From the NCBI GenBank assembly GCA_036787895.1, contig DAIQOK010000008.1:1679-65678 (forward strand): a stretch of 64,000 bases of DNA, given 5' to 3'. Shown here piece after piece: positions 1 through 10,100 of the stretch. Origin of the DNA: Bacteroidota bacterium (GTDB taxonomy: Bacteria; Bacteroidota; Bacteroidia; UBA7662). Every line of letters begins with the position of its first letter. The stretch's first letter is position 1. The translations under genes were made by a program, and so were the position numbers. Below the pieces are notes generated by a model. The model did no database searches. It was not told where the DNA came from and was given only the letters and a program-made list of their open reading frames with translations.

Positions 1-2
1 TA

Positions 3-338
3 ACTATTGTTTATAATCTGGACAATTGCCTGGAGTGTAATCGGTATATACCCGAAATGGTTAAACAAACCTTACCCCGTGATTTACAAAACTATCAAAT
101 TAGCCTTATTACACGTAATACCAGATTGAAGGAGCTCGACTTGCTACGAAAACAATTAAATCTGCCTGGAAATACGCAATTAGTACCCGACAACCAAAGG
201 TTGGGAGATACATTCAAAAAGCATAAGCTCAAATACCAAAGTGGCAATATTCAATGGCGTTCCTTTCTTGTCATTGAAAAGGGCAATGACGCAAAAATTT
301 ATATCATCGACAGCCAGAAACCTGTTTTAGCGAATTGA
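3..338 (+). CDS. Hypothetical protein, 5' end probably outside the window. The frame is open from position 3 with no in-frame stop before the listed ATG at 57.
   Basis: The ORF track gives 57..338. Reading upstream in the same frame from nt 3 gives TIVYNLDNCLECNRYIPEM with no stop. No recognisable family. Confidence 0.35.
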   Translation, partial: TIVYNLDNCLECNRYIPEMVKQTLPRDLQNYQISLITRNTRLKELDLLRKQLNLPGNTQLVPDNQRLGDTFKKHKLKYQSGNIQWRSFLVIEKGNDAKIYIIDSQKPVLAN

Positions 339-387
339 TTTTTAATAGGCTTCAACCAATTTTGAATTGTGAATTTGAAATTTTGAA

Positions 388-1602
388 TTATCTCCGGTAA
401 AGGACAAGCCCACTTTTGATCTTCGGCTCAAAAGAAGTACTCTTCGGTGGCATGACTTCGCCTCGATCTGCGACTTCAAAAATGGATTCCGGCAAAGGGG
501 CTCGGGGTACAAAAATGTAGCGGGTATCGGCATCGGCAAGCAGAAGTTTAAACTCTTCCAATTTGATGCTCATGGGGCCAAACGACAAACGTTTATCAGC
601 CTTGGGATTGATGATGCCAAGTATTTTGGAAATTATATTGTCCTGCAGCAGACTCACATCTAGGTCTTTTAAGGGGTCGTTGTGATGTTCAGGATGTTTG
701 GGCTGTAGTAAGTAGGTTTTGTCCTTACTGCACAACAGAAAATGCTGCTGCGGCAGGTATTGATAATACATCTGATCCAATAAAACCGGATGTAAATGAT
801 AATTATCAATTAATAAATCACACAAAGCCTCAAGACTCGGTAAAGCTGAATCCTGATGCACCCTGCGATAAAAGGGATAGATTGTCAGATCGTTGCTGGG
901 GATGAGTATGGTCAGGAAATGACTGTTTTTTTCACCCGTGCTTTGTGCATGATAAGCGGCTACTGCTGCCCGGTGATGACCATCAGCAATGTAGAAAGCA
1001 TCCATGGCCTTAAAGCGATTTTCGAGCAGGGTAAGGTGATCGGCACGACTGATTTTCCAGATTTGATGATTGGTTACCGGCCCGGATTTTACATCAATCA
1101 GGGGTGCTTGGTGTTTCAATTCGAAAAGCACATCGTTTACCACCTTATCCGGACTGTAAGTAAGGAAAACGGGGGTGGTGTACAAAGCTGTGGCCGACAA
1201 AAATGCATGCAACTGCTGCACCCGATCGTCGCGGACGTGCTCATGTTTTTTGATGCGGTTTTCGTTGTAATCGTTGATACTGGAGAGACCAATGAGCCCG
1301 GTTTGTACCAGACTTTTATGACTGGTTTGGTACAGATAGTATGCCACTTCTTCGTCCTGGGCATAAACGTTTTGAGCTACAAAATGCTCGAATATGGTTT
1401 TCGCCAGCGCACAAACTTCGGTCAACTTTTCGGGTGCTCCGGAAGGATCAGCCGCCTGCATCACGTGGTGAAAAGACCAGGGATTATGGCCTTTCACCAA
1501 ACAATTGGCGTTGGGTTTCCAGGCTTCATCCGGACCCAATACTACGGCTTCGACGAAGTCGCCTTGGGGTAAAAAGCCTCTAAATGGCCTGAATTCAGGC
1601 AT
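388..1602 (-). CDS. DUF1015 family protein, serA/serC-associated
   Basis: ADGHHR motif and overall DUF1015-like sequence. Lies immediately downstream of serA in the same orientation. I chose the internal Met (MPEFRPFRGF) as start so that it abuts the serA stop instead of overlapping serA by 80 nt. Confidence 0.65.
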   Translation of the reverse strand: MPEFRPFRGFLPQGDFVEAVVLGPDEAWKPNANCLVKGHNPWSFHHVMQAADPSGAPEKLTEVCALAKTIFEHFVAQNVYAQDEEVAYYLYQTSHKSLVQTGLIGLSSINDYNENRIKKHEHVRDDRVQQLHAFLSATALYTTPVFLTYSPDKVVNDVLFELKHQAPLIDVKSGPVTNHQIWKISRADHLTLLENRFKAMDAFYIADGHHRAAVAAYHAQSTGEKNSHFLTILIPSNDLTIYPFYRRVHQDSALPSLEALCDLLIDNYHLHPVLLDQMYYQYLPQQHFLLCSKDKTYLLQPKHPEHHNDPLKDLDVSLLQDNIISKILGIINPKADKRLSFGPMSIKLEEFKLLLADADTRYIFVPRAPLPESIFEVADRGEVMPPKSTSFEPKIKSGLVLYRR

Positions 1603-1603
1603 A

Positions 1604-2548
1604 TCAGGCTTTGCCGAAAACGTCGATGATACGGTTGGCCAACTCGAGACCGATGCGCTCCTGAGCTTCTTCGGTAGAAGCACCTATGTGTGGGGTAGTC
1701 GAGATTTTTGGATGATTGAGGAGGTCGGCACGGGGTGCAGGCTCGCCTACAAACACATCCAAACCCGCAAAACGCACCTTACCGGCAGCTATCTGATCAA
1801 GCAATACCTGCTCATCGATTACTCCGCCGCGCGAGCAGTTTACCAAACCAATACCTGGCTTCATCCAGCCAAATTCATTAGCACTCAACAGGGGTTTGTC
1901 CATGCCCGGCGTATGTATGCTTAGGAAATCGCTGCCACTAATCACTTCTTTTAAAGAGCCCACTTTAACGCCATGCATTTTTTCAATTCGGGCAGCCAAT
2001 GTGGCGTCGGTATTATAAAGGATGTCGAAAACCATGACTTGCATGCCGATGCCTTTAGCAATGCGACCTACTTCCTGACCAATACGGCCATAACCAAGTA
2101 TACCTATGGTTTTGCCGAAGAGCTCAATGCCTTCAGCATAATTCTTTTTGAGGTTGTTAAAAGCTGTCGCGCCTTGTTCTGGCATTTCTCGATGAGCGAG
2201 CTGCAAAAAGCGACACAGACTAAACAAATGCGCAAATACCAACTCTGCTACCGAAATAGAAGAGGCAGCGGGGGTATTGATGACTTCAATACCACGCGCC
2301 CGGGCAAATTCTACATCGATATTGTCCATACCCACGCCGGCACGAGCGATGAACTTGAGGTTCGGGCACTTTTCGATGAGCTCCCGACGCACCTTGGTAG
2401 CCGAGCGCACGATGATGCCATCAAAGGCCTGTAGCTCTGTGTCGAGTTTGTCTTGGGCAATCTTGTCGGTGACGACTACAAATCCGGCTTCTTCGAGCAG
2501 GTTTTTCCCGGCAGTATCAATGCCGTCGTTGGCGAGTATCTTGAGCAT
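1604..2548 (-). CDS. serA: D-3-phosphoglycerate dehydrogenase / D-isomer-specific 2-hydroxyacid dehydrogenase
   Basis: NAD-binding GxGxxG (GYGRIGQEVG) and catalytic-domain motifs. Shares an ATGA overlap with serC. Confidence 0.85.
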   Translation of the reverse strand: MLKILANDGIDTAGKNLLEEAGFVVVTDKIAQDKLDTELQAFDGIIVRSATKVRRELIEKCPNLKFIARAGVGMDNIDVEFARARGIEVINTPAASSISVAELVFAHLFSLCRFLQLAHREMPEQGATAFNNLKKNYAEGIELFGKTIGILGYGRIGQEVGRIAKGIGMQVMVFDILYNTDATLAARIEKMHGVKVGSLKEVISGSDFLSIHTPGMDKPLLSANEFGWMKPGIGLVNCSRGGVIDEQVLLDQIAAGKVRFAGLDVFVGEPAPRADLLNHPKISTTPHIGASTEEAQERIGLELANRIIDVFGKA

Positions 2549-3642
2549 CAGGCGTGGGTTTGTTCAAATTGTTTCATCACATCTACCAATACCTGCACAC
2601 TTTCGATGGGCATGGCGTTGTAGATTGAAGCGCGGAAACCGCCTACCGAACGGTGGCCTTTGAGACCGCTGATATTGGCAGCTTTCAAAGCCTGGCTAAA
2701 GGCTTCTTCTTTACTTTCATCTTTCATCACAAAACAAACGTTCATATAGGAACGGTCCTCTTTGGCGGCAGTGCCTACGAAGAGCGAATTGCGATCAATT
2801 TCATTGTACAACAACTCTGCTTTGGCATTGTTGCGTTTTTCCATGGCAGCAATACCACCCATTTTTTCAACCCACTGTAAGGTAAGTAACACACAATACA
2901 CCGGGAAAACAGGTGGGGTGTTGTACATCGATTCGCCCTCGATATGGACGTTGTAATCGAGCATAGATGGTATGGTGCGGCCATTTTTGCCAAGTATGCT
3001 TTTTTTCACGGCCACCATGGTAGCACCGGCTGGACCCATATTTTTCTGGGCACCGGCATAAATCAGGTCGAATTGGGTGAAATCCAGTACACGACTGAAA
3101 ATATCCGACGACATATCACAAACCAGCGGCACCGACGATTTCGGGAAAGTCTTCATTTGCGTGCCATAAATGGTGTTGTTCGAAGTGCAGTGAAAATAAT
3201 CGGCATCACCCGGCACACTATAGTCTTTGGGAATGAAGTTGTAGTTTTTGTCTTCTGAGCTGGCAACAACCGTTACTTTACCCATCATTTTGGCTTCTTT
3301 GATGGCTTTTTTCGCCCAAACACCCGTATTGGTGTATGCTGCATAATTGCCGGTAGTGAGGAGGTTGAAGGGAACCATGGCGAATTGCAGACTGGCACCG
3401 CCGCCTACATAAATCACTTCATAGTCGTCGCCCAAACCCAACAGGCGTTTTACAATAGCCCGGGCTTCAACCATCACCGCAACATATTCTTTGCTGCGGT
3501 GCGACATCTCCAGCAAGGAGAGACCGGTGCCGTTAAAATTCAAAACGGCCTGTGCGGCCTGTTGAATAACTTCATCGGGCAATATGCCCGGACCTGCGCT
3601 GAAATTGTGGACTTTCTGACTCATGGTAAATGGCTTGCCCAC
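2548..3642 (-). CDS. serC: Phosphoserine aminotransferase
   Basis: N-terminus FSAGPGILPDEV and class V aminotransferase architecture. Operon with serA. Confidence 0.9.
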   Translation of the reverse strand: MGKPFTMSQKVHNFSAGPGILPDEVIQQAAQAVLNFNGTGLSLLEMSHRSKEYVAVMVEARAIVKRLLGLGDDYEVIYVGGGASLQFAMVPFNLLTTGNYAAYTNTGVWAKKAIKEAKMMGKVTVVASSEDKNYNFIPKDYSVPGDADYFHCTSNNTIYGTQMKTFPKSSVPLVCDMSSDIFSRVLDFTQFDLIYAGAQKNMGPAGATMVAVKKSILGKNGRTIPSMLDYNVHIEGESMYNTPPVFPVYCVLLTLQWVEKMGGIAAMEKRNNAKAELLYNEIDRNSLFVGTAAKEDRSYMNVCFVMKDESKEEAFSQALKAANISGLKGHRSVGGFRASIYNAMPIESVQVLVDVMKQFEQTHA

Positions 3643-3828
3643 AAAAATAGGGGATTAAAGCAGCAAGCAAAATATTCGGGGAGGGAAATCGTGCTTTTCA
3701 ATGGATATTGCCCATAATATTGCTTTTCAGGCAAAATGCAAGATATTCGCGTAACTGAACCACTCGATAATTATAATTTTGAAGATCATGGCTGAGCTTC
3801 AAAAAACAACAAAATTGATTAGCAGCTC

Positions 3829-4932
3829 ATGATAAATCAACCAGTGACTCCTTTTACAAGGACGACCGATCAAAATGTCAAAAGTATAGAAGGCTGGAAG
3901 GCTTTTCTTTTAGCTGTACTAATCATATCAATCATCGGAATTTTCGATTATCAAACCGGGGTAGAGTTCGGTTTCTCATTTTTTTACTTGATTCCTATAG
4001 CCATATTTGCAGCATATAAAAGCTCAAACAGATACTTCATTCTGTTTTGCGCGTTATTAGCAGCTTCTTTTTGGTTTTCAGCCGAATTTTTAGAGTATAA
4101 ATATTCGCATATCTTTTTTCCAATTTGGAATGCCTCAGTTCGGTTGCTGATATTTGGTGCAATCGGAATGTTGATTTACTACTACAAGGAGAAAGACAAA
4201 AAACTTAAAATTCTGAATGAGAAATTAAAGGCAATCAATGAAGAAAAAAACAAGTTTATTGGGATTGCAGCTCACGATACCAGAAGCCCGCTAGGGGTAA
4301 TATACGCTCTGTCCGACATCATCATTGTTGATTACAAAAATCAACTCAACAATGAGATTATAGAAATTCTAGAAATTATCAAAAACACAAGTAAGAAGAG
4401 TCTGAATCTTATTGAAAATCTGCTGGATGTCTCAAAAATTGAATCAGGTAAGTTGGTGTTGAATGTGAAAAGTCAGGATTTTATTCCTTTCATTAAAAAC
4501 CAGATTTACATAAGTCAGTTACTGGCCCAAAAAAAAGATATTCAAATTGAGTTGAAAACCGATTTTAATAGTTTATTGCTTGATTTTGATGATCACTATT
4601 TCAGTGAGATTGTCGACAATTTACTGTCGAATGCTATCAAATACTCGAATAAGAACACTGTTGTACAAATTTGTTTGCATGTTGAAAATGAACATTTAAT
4701 TGTAGAAGTCACCGACCAGGGCATTGGCATTAGCCAAGAAGATCAGATTAATCTTTTTAAATATTTTCAGACTACCAGTTCGCGCCCAACCGACGGGGAA
4801 GAGAGTACAGGGTTGGGCTTAGCTATTTCTAAACAAATTATTCTTTTACATCAGGGTACTATAGGCGTGAAAAGTGAAAAAGGTAAAGGCTCAACTTTCT
4901 ATTTTCGGCTTCCATTGAAACAAAAAGAGTAG
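3829..4932 (+). CDS. Membrane sensor histidine kinase, orphan (no adjacent response regulator)
   Basis: Four predicted TM helices. HisKA H-box IAAHDTRSPL. HATPase_c N, G1 and G2 boxes (GLGLAISKQI). Strongly AT-rich, Lys/Asn/Ile-rich coding. Confidence 0.8.
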   Translation: MINQPVTPFTRTTDQNVKSIEGWKAFLLAVLIISIIGIFDYQTGVEFGFSFFYLIPIAIFAAYKSSNRYFILFCALLAASFWFSAEFLEYKYSHIFFPIWNASVRLLIFGAIGMLIYYYKEKDKKLKILNEKLKAINEEKNKFIGIAAHDTRSPLGVIYALSDIIIVDYKNQLNNEIIEILEIIKNTSKKSLNLIENLLDVSKIESGKLVLNVKSQDFIPFIKNQIYISQLLAQKKDIQIELKTDFNSLLLDFDDHYFSEIVDNLLSNAIKYSNKNTVVQICLHVENEHLIVEVTDQGIGISQEDQINLFKYFQTTSSRPTDGEESTGLGLAISKQIILLHQGTIGVKSEKGKGSTFYFRLPLKQKE

Positions 4933-5079
4933 GATTTAAACTCTACCCGCCTTGAATGATTTGTTGTAGCTGTTTAGTTAAGTTTCGGTCGTATCGACAT
5001 TGACTTAACAAAACTTTCTAGACAATTATCAGAAGGGTAGGTTTCCTAATTATGCACAGCTGAGCGATTTTTTAATTCC

Positions 5080-6171
5080 TCAAATATTCACATTCACCGA
5101 AACTATATTCGAGAAGAAGGTGCGACTGCGTTCGCCTACATTGGTGATAGCGTAGTCGATACCGAAACGTTTGAACTGCAAACCAAGCCCCAGATTAGGC
5201 TGCACACTGGTTTTTTCTTCGCCACCGAAGTCGATGGTACGTTGAATATTGTTGATACCGGTGCGGAAATATACGATTCGGGCATAATTCACTTCCAGAC
5301 TTAAACGCGGGTCAATGCTGAAACGGCCCAGATTGGCGATGTTATTTCGTGGACCGTCGGTCAGGATTTCTAAACTGAATTCCGGACGTAGTTGGAATTT
5401 GTAGGGTAAATCAAATAAATAGGCTACGCCTGTCATAATGCGGGGCAGGGTAATTTCCAGCGAGTTTTGCGGGAGTTCGTTGCCCGTTTCGCGGAAAACA
5501 TCGGCGAATTCGGCGGTATTGAATGCCCATGCGTTAAAAGTGGAAGTGATATCACGCGCCATTACACCAAGTTGAAGTCGATCCCAGTTTTTGCTGATAC
5601 CGGCATCCAAACCAAATCCCCAGGCATCGGCAAAAGGGCCGATAATGCGGCGGATCACTTTGGCATTGGCGCCCAACTGCCAGCCGTTTTCGAGTTTGTG
5701 GGCATAGGTGAAGCCAAAGGCATAATCAGCCGCCGAAAACATCGAAATGTTGTTGTAGTTGATATTGCCGTTGGCGTCGTAGAGATTGAGCGTATTCTGG
5801 ATATTGTCGATGCCAAGGCGTATAAAACTCAAACCAACGGCGTTTCTATCATCCAATTGGTGGGTAACGGCAGCAAAATCGTAATTGGCAATTCCCCCGA
5901 AATAAGCGGCATGCATCAAACTGCCCTGCCAGCGGTGTTTATTCTGCAATATGGCCGCTGGGTTCCAGTAGGTAGCGGTGGCATCGGCCAGGCCGGCTAC
6001 GGTGCCACTACCGAGGCCCATGGCACGAGCGCCCACACCAATGGCAAGAAAGTCGTTACTGTATTTAGGTGCCTGCGCCATTACGCTAAAAGCGGAGCAG
6101 ACAAATAGAATTACGGCGGTTAAAAGCTTCATGTAGGGACTTGGAGGGCAATAATACGGGATTATAAACAA
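5080..6171 (-). CDS. T9SS-associated outer membrane beta-barrel protein, PorQ/PorV-like (FadL-like fold)
   Basis: Signal peptide. Motif AIGVGARAMGLGSGTVAGLADATATYWNPA, which I recognise as the PorQ/UPF0164 kind. C-terminal beta-strand-rich sequence. Confidence 0.5.
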   Translation of the reverse strand: MFIIPYYCPPSPYMKLLTAVILFVCSAFSVMAQAPKYSNDFLAIGVGARAMGLGSGTVAGLADATATYWNPAAILQNKHRWQGSLMHAAYFGGIANYDFAAVTHQLDDRNAVGLSFIRLGIDNIQNTLNLYDANGNINYNNISMFSAADYAFGFTYAHKLENGWQLGANAKVIRRIIGPFADAWGFGLDAGISKNWDRLQLGVMARDITSTFNAWAFNTAEFADVFRETGNELPQNSLEITLPRIMTGVAYLFDLPYKFQLRPEFSLEILTDGPRNNIANLGRFSIDPRLSLEVNYARIVYFRTGINNIQRTIDFGGEEKTSVQPNLGLGLQFKRFGIDYAITNVGERSRTFFSNIVSVNVNI

Positions 6172-6250
6172 CAGTTGTTCGCTTAAATTGTTGCCGGTAC
6201 CGGATTTTTAAGCCGAATGCCTAATTTTGCGCTTCAACGCATCTCTAAAA

Positions 6251-7528
6251 ATGAATTTAGTCGAAGAACTCCAATGGCGTGGTCTGCTCCACGACATCAT
6301 GCCAGGTACCGAAGAACTGCTCAACAAAGAAAAAATAAGCGGTTATATCGGCTTTGACCCCACAGCAGATTCATTACATATCGGTAATATGGTGCCGGTG
6401 ATGTTGTTGATGCACTTACAACGCGCCGGTCACCACCCAATAGCCCTCATTGGTGGTGCTACAGGCATGGTGGGCGATCCTTCTGGCAAAACCGCTGAAC
6501 GTAACCTGCTTGATCTGGATACTCTTCAGCACAACCTGGCCTGTCAGGAAAAACAGCTGCGTAAATTCCTCGATTTTGAGTCGAAAACGAATCCGGCACG
6601 CATCGTCAATAACTACGACTGGTTTCAGAAACTGGGTTTTCTAGAATTTATACGCGATGTGGGCAAACACATCAGTGTGAATTATATGATGGCCAAAGAT
6701 TCGGTGAAAAACCGCCTCGAACAGGGGATGTCATTCACCGAATTCAGCTACCAACTGATCCAGGGTTACGATTTTGTGCATCTCTACCGCACCTTGGGCG
6801 TTCGCCTGCAAATGGGCGGTTCCGACCAATGGGGCAATATCACAACCGGCACCGAGCTCATCCGGCGCATGGAAGGTGGCGAAGCTTTTGCCATGACCGC
6901 ACCACTGGTGAAAAAAGCCGATGGCAGCAAATTCGGCAAATCGGAAGGGGGTAATGTTTGGCTCGACCCTGCCAAAACATCTCCTTACAAATTTTACCAG
7001 TTTTGGTTGAATGTGAGTGACGAAGATGCCGGTAGGTACATCCGCATTTTTACGCTACTCGACCAGCCCACCATTGAAAAACTGGAAGCCGAACATGCTG
7101 AGGCACCCCATCTACGCATCTTACAAAAGGCGCTGGCGGCCGATATCACTGAAAGAGTACACAGTGCTGCTGATTTGGAGCAGGCCATAGAGGCTTCACA
7201 GATACTATTCGGTCAAGGCACCACTGAGACGCTTCAGCGTTTGCAGGAAGAAACTTTCCTGAGTGTTTTTGAAGGCATACCCCAGCATCAGTTGGACGCA
7301 AGCCTGTTGGCTAACGGTCTTGATGCCGTCACCTTGCTGAGCGAAGCCACTGGCGTTTTCCCTTCCCGCGGCGAAGCCCGTAAAATGATTCAGGGAGGCG
7401 GCGCCAGTTTGAATAAAGCCAAAATCATCGATGAAAATCAACGGTTTACCGCTGCTGACCTGCTCAATGGCAAATACCTGCTCGCCCAAAAAGGCAAAAA
7501 GCAGTATTTTTTGATAATTGCGTCTTAG
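6251..7528 (+). CDS. tyrS: Tyrosine--tRNA ligase
   Basis: HIGN ([10 protein letters not shown]) and KFGKS class I synthetase motifs. C-terminal S4-like domain. Start moved to the internal Met [12 protein letters not shown], which matches a typical TyrS N-terminus. Confidence 0.9.
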   Translation: MNLVEELQWRGLLHDIMPGTEELLNKEKISGYIGFDPTADSLHIGNMVPVMLLMHLQRAGHHPIALIGGATGMVGDPSGKTAERNLLDLDTLQHNLACQEKQLRKFLDFESKTNPARIVNNYDWFQKLGFLEFIRDVGKHISVNYMMAKDSVKNRLEQGMSFTEFSYQLIQGYDFVHLYRTLGVRLQMGGSDQWGNITTGTELIRRMEGGEAFAMTAPLVKKADGSKFGKSEGGNVWLDPAKTSPYKFYQFWLNVSDEDAGRYIRIFTLLDQPTIEKLEAEHAEAPHLRILQKALAADITERVHSAADLEQAIEASQILFGQGTTETLQRLQEETFLSVFEGIPQHQLDASLLANGLDAVTLLSEATGVFPSRGEARKMIQGGGASLNKAKIIDENQRFTAADLLNGKYLLAQKGKKQYFLIIAS

Positions 7529-7975
7529 GAGTATTTAGTATCTAGTATTAAGTATAGAGAGGGCTAGATGGCTGGAAATTTAGCATTTGCGCACAATTCA
7601 AAACGTCATCGTGAGCCCCACCGAATCACCGTTTAACCAAAAACCCCGTTTAACCGATGGCCGCTCAAACGCCTCTCTGCGCCCCCGCGCCCTGCGTGCA
7701 ATATTGGTATCGCCCTAGCGAACCCTAGCGATCCTTGCGTGAAAAAAGCGCCAGCCGGCAAACTGTGTAAGACTTTAAAACTTTACAAATCTTATCTTGC
7801 AGCGGCTATACAGGCAAACTGTTCACGCAATACCTTCTTTCAGCTTAAGCCTTAGCCAACTATTCCCCGAAATCACCTTTAAAGGCGGTTTCTGACAATA
7901 AAATAGGACACAATTTCCTATTTTGGCTCACCGATTTCGCCAGTAAGTTACCTTCATTATTTCATCCCTACGGCT

Positions 7976-10057
7976 ATGGTTAAAGAATATTCGCTTTTTA
8001 CCGATTACGACATCCACCTCTTCCGGGCGGGAAAACATACCCGTTTGTACGAAAAAATGGGAGCACATCTGCTGGAGTTTGGGGGTGAAAAAGGCGTTTA
8101 TTTTGCTGTTTGGGCGCCCAATGCCCGACGCGTGAGTGTTATTGGCGACTTCAACTTCTGGACGGCAGGTGCCGATGATTTGCGAAAACGACGCGATGGT
8201 TCAGGTATTTGGGAGGGATTTGTGCCCTTGCTGGAGCAGGGTGTGAAATACAAATATCATATCGAATCTCAATTTGGTGGTCGGCCCATGGAAAAGGGCG
8301 ACCCTTATGCCATGCTTTGGGAATGCCCGCCGCGCACAGCTTCGGTGGTGTGGGACATCAGCCATAATTGGAAGGACCAAAGCTGGATGAAGGCCCGTGT
8401 TAAAAAGCAGCAAATTAACCAGCCTTTTTCTTTGTATGAGGTTCATTTAGGCTCATGGCGCCGCAAATTGGCAGATGAAGGAAGGTCATATCTCTATACC
8501 GAACTGGCTTCGGAACTCGTGTCTTATGTCAAAGATATGGGTTACACCCATGTGGAATTGATGCCGGTGAATGAACATCCGTTTTTTGGTTCATGGGGGT
8601 ATCAGATTACCGGTTATTATGCGCCCAGCTCCAGGTTTGGTAGTCCACAGGAATTTATGCAGTTGGTAGAAGCTTTCCACGCTGCTGGCATTGGAGTTAT
8701 ACTCGACTGGGTACCATCACATTTCCCCAGCGACGGCCATGGATTGGCTTATTTTGATGGTACCCACCTCTATGAGCACGCCGACCCGCGTAAAGGTTAT
8801 CATCCCGATTGGAAAAGTTACATCTACAATTTCGACCGACCGGAAGTACGTTGTTTTTTGCTCAGTAACGCTGTTTTCTGGTTAGATAAATTCCATATCG
8901 ACGGACTGCGGGTAGACGCTGTTGCCTCTATGTTGTATCTCGATTATTCCCGCAACGACGGGGAGTGGATTCCCAATGAATTTGGTGGACGCGAAAATCT
9001 GAGTGCCATCACCTTCCTCAAAGAATTCAATGAGGTGGTGAATCAGAACTTTCCTGAGGTGCAAACCATAGCCGAAGAATCGACCGCCTGGCCCTTGGTC
9101 TCCCGGCCTACGAGCGATGGTGGTCTGGGCTTTGGTCAGAAGTGGATGATGGGCTGGATGCACGATACGCTGAAGTACTTTAAGGAAGATCCACTTTATA
9201 GGCCTTTCCACCACGATAAGATTACGTTCAGCATCATGTATGCATTCAGTGAAAACTTCATGCTGCCGTTTTCGCACGATGAGATGGTTCACGGTAAAGG
9301 CTCACTAATTGCCAAAATGCCCGGGGATGAATGGCAGAAATTTGCCAATCTAAGGTTGATGTTTGCTTATATGTACACCCATCCGGGCACCAAACTGCAT
9401 TTTATGGGCTCGGAACTGGCGCAAGTGCGGGAATGGAATCACGATAGCAGTATCGACTGGCATTTGTTGGACTATCCTGCTCATCAGGGCATAAATAAGC
9501 TGGTACGTGATCTGAATCAACTTTACAAAAAGGAAAAAGCCCTGCATGAATTGCAATTTGAAGCGGCTGGATTTGAATGGATAGATGGCTCCGACCGCAC
9601 CAATAGTGTAATCGCCTACTTACGAAAGGGCAAAGCCAAGGGCGAACAATTAGTTGTTATTGCCAATTTAACCCCGGTCGTACGACATAATTACCGCATT
9701 GGCGTGCCGGTCGAAGGAAAGTATGAAGTTTTACTGAATACTGATAACCAACAATATTGGGGTAGTGGGGTAGGCGTAGATCTACCAAGCACGGAGCCAG
9801 TGCGTTATCATTGGAAAGATAATTCTTTGGTTCTGACTCTACCTCCTTTGGCAGTTTTGGTGCTCAAACAGCAGGCAAGCAGTAAAAAGATAACGGCAAA
9901 GCCGACAAAAGTCAGGATTAGCAAAAAGGGAGATAGAACCACAACTGCTACAGCTAAAACCACGACTAAATCCGGTTCACAGACCAAAGCTGCGAAGGAG
10001 GAGAAGGCTCAAAAGGCACCAACTACAGTTATGAAGTCCCTGAAAAAGACAAAATGA
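7976..10057 (+). CDS. glgB: 1,4-alpha-glucan branching enzyme (GH13) with an unusual Lys/Thr/Ala-rich 60-aa C-terminal tail
   Basis: CBM48 plus GH13 catalytic regions (DWVPSHF, GLRVDAVASMLY, EESTAWP). The tail is KKITAKPTKVRISKKGDRTTTATAKTTTKSGSQTKAAKEEKAQKAPTTVMKSLKKTK. Confidence 0.9.
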   Translation: MVKEYSLFTDYDIHLFRAGKHTRLYEKMGAHLLEFGGEKGVYFAVWAPNARRVSVIGDFNFWTAGADDLRKRRDGSGIWEGFVPLLEQGVKYKYHIESQFGGRPMEKGDPYAMLWECPPRTASVVWDISHNWKDQSWMKARVKKQQINQPFSLYEVHLGSWRRKLADEGRSYLYTELASELVSYVKDMGYTHVELMPVNEHPFFGSWGYQITGYYAPSSRFGSPQEFMQLVEAFHAAGIGVILDWVPSHFPSDGHGLAYFDGTHLYEHADPRKGYHPDWKSYIYNFDRPEVRCFLLSNAVFWLDKFHIDGLRVDAVASMLYLDYSRNDGEWIPNEFGGRENLSAITFLKEFNEVVNQNFPEVQTIAEESTAWPLVSRPTSDGGLGFGQKWMMGWMHDTLKYFKEDPLYRPFHHDKITFSIMYAFSENFMLPFSHDEMVHGKGSLIAKMPGDEWQKFANLRLMFAYMYTHPGTKLHFMGSELAQVREWNHDSSIDWHLLDYPAHQGINKLVRDLNQLYKKEKALHELQFEAAGFEWIDGSDRTNSVIAYLRKGKAKGEQLVVIANLTPVVRHNYRIGVPVEGKYEVLLNTDNQQYWGSGVGVDLPSTEPVRYHWKDNSLVLTLPPLAVLVLKQQASSKKITAKPTKVRISKKGDRTTTATAKTTTKSGSQTKAAKEEKAQKAPTTVMKSLKKTK

Positions 10058-10100
10058 GTAAATTAAGATTGGCTTTGAAGCTGAAAGGGCATAGTGTTAG

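Noticed and set aside
856-1572. 238-aa ORF on the plus strand
   Set aside because: Entirely antisense to the well-supported DUF1015 gene. No motifs, and the sequence is odd (Cys/Gly/Val-rich). A typical shadow ORF.
5467-6108. 213-aa plus-strand ORF
   Set aside because: Antisense inside the PorQ-like barrel gene. Gly/Val/Ala-rich shadow translation.
7529-7975. Possible tRNA or CRISPR repeat in the long intergenic region
   Set aside because: No cloverleaf-compatible arms and no GTTCRA-type T-loop. The repeat occurs only twice and is 9 nt, not a CRISPR array.
8882-9292. 136-aa minus-strand ORF inside glgB
   Set aside because: Shadow ORF. glgB is unambiguous.
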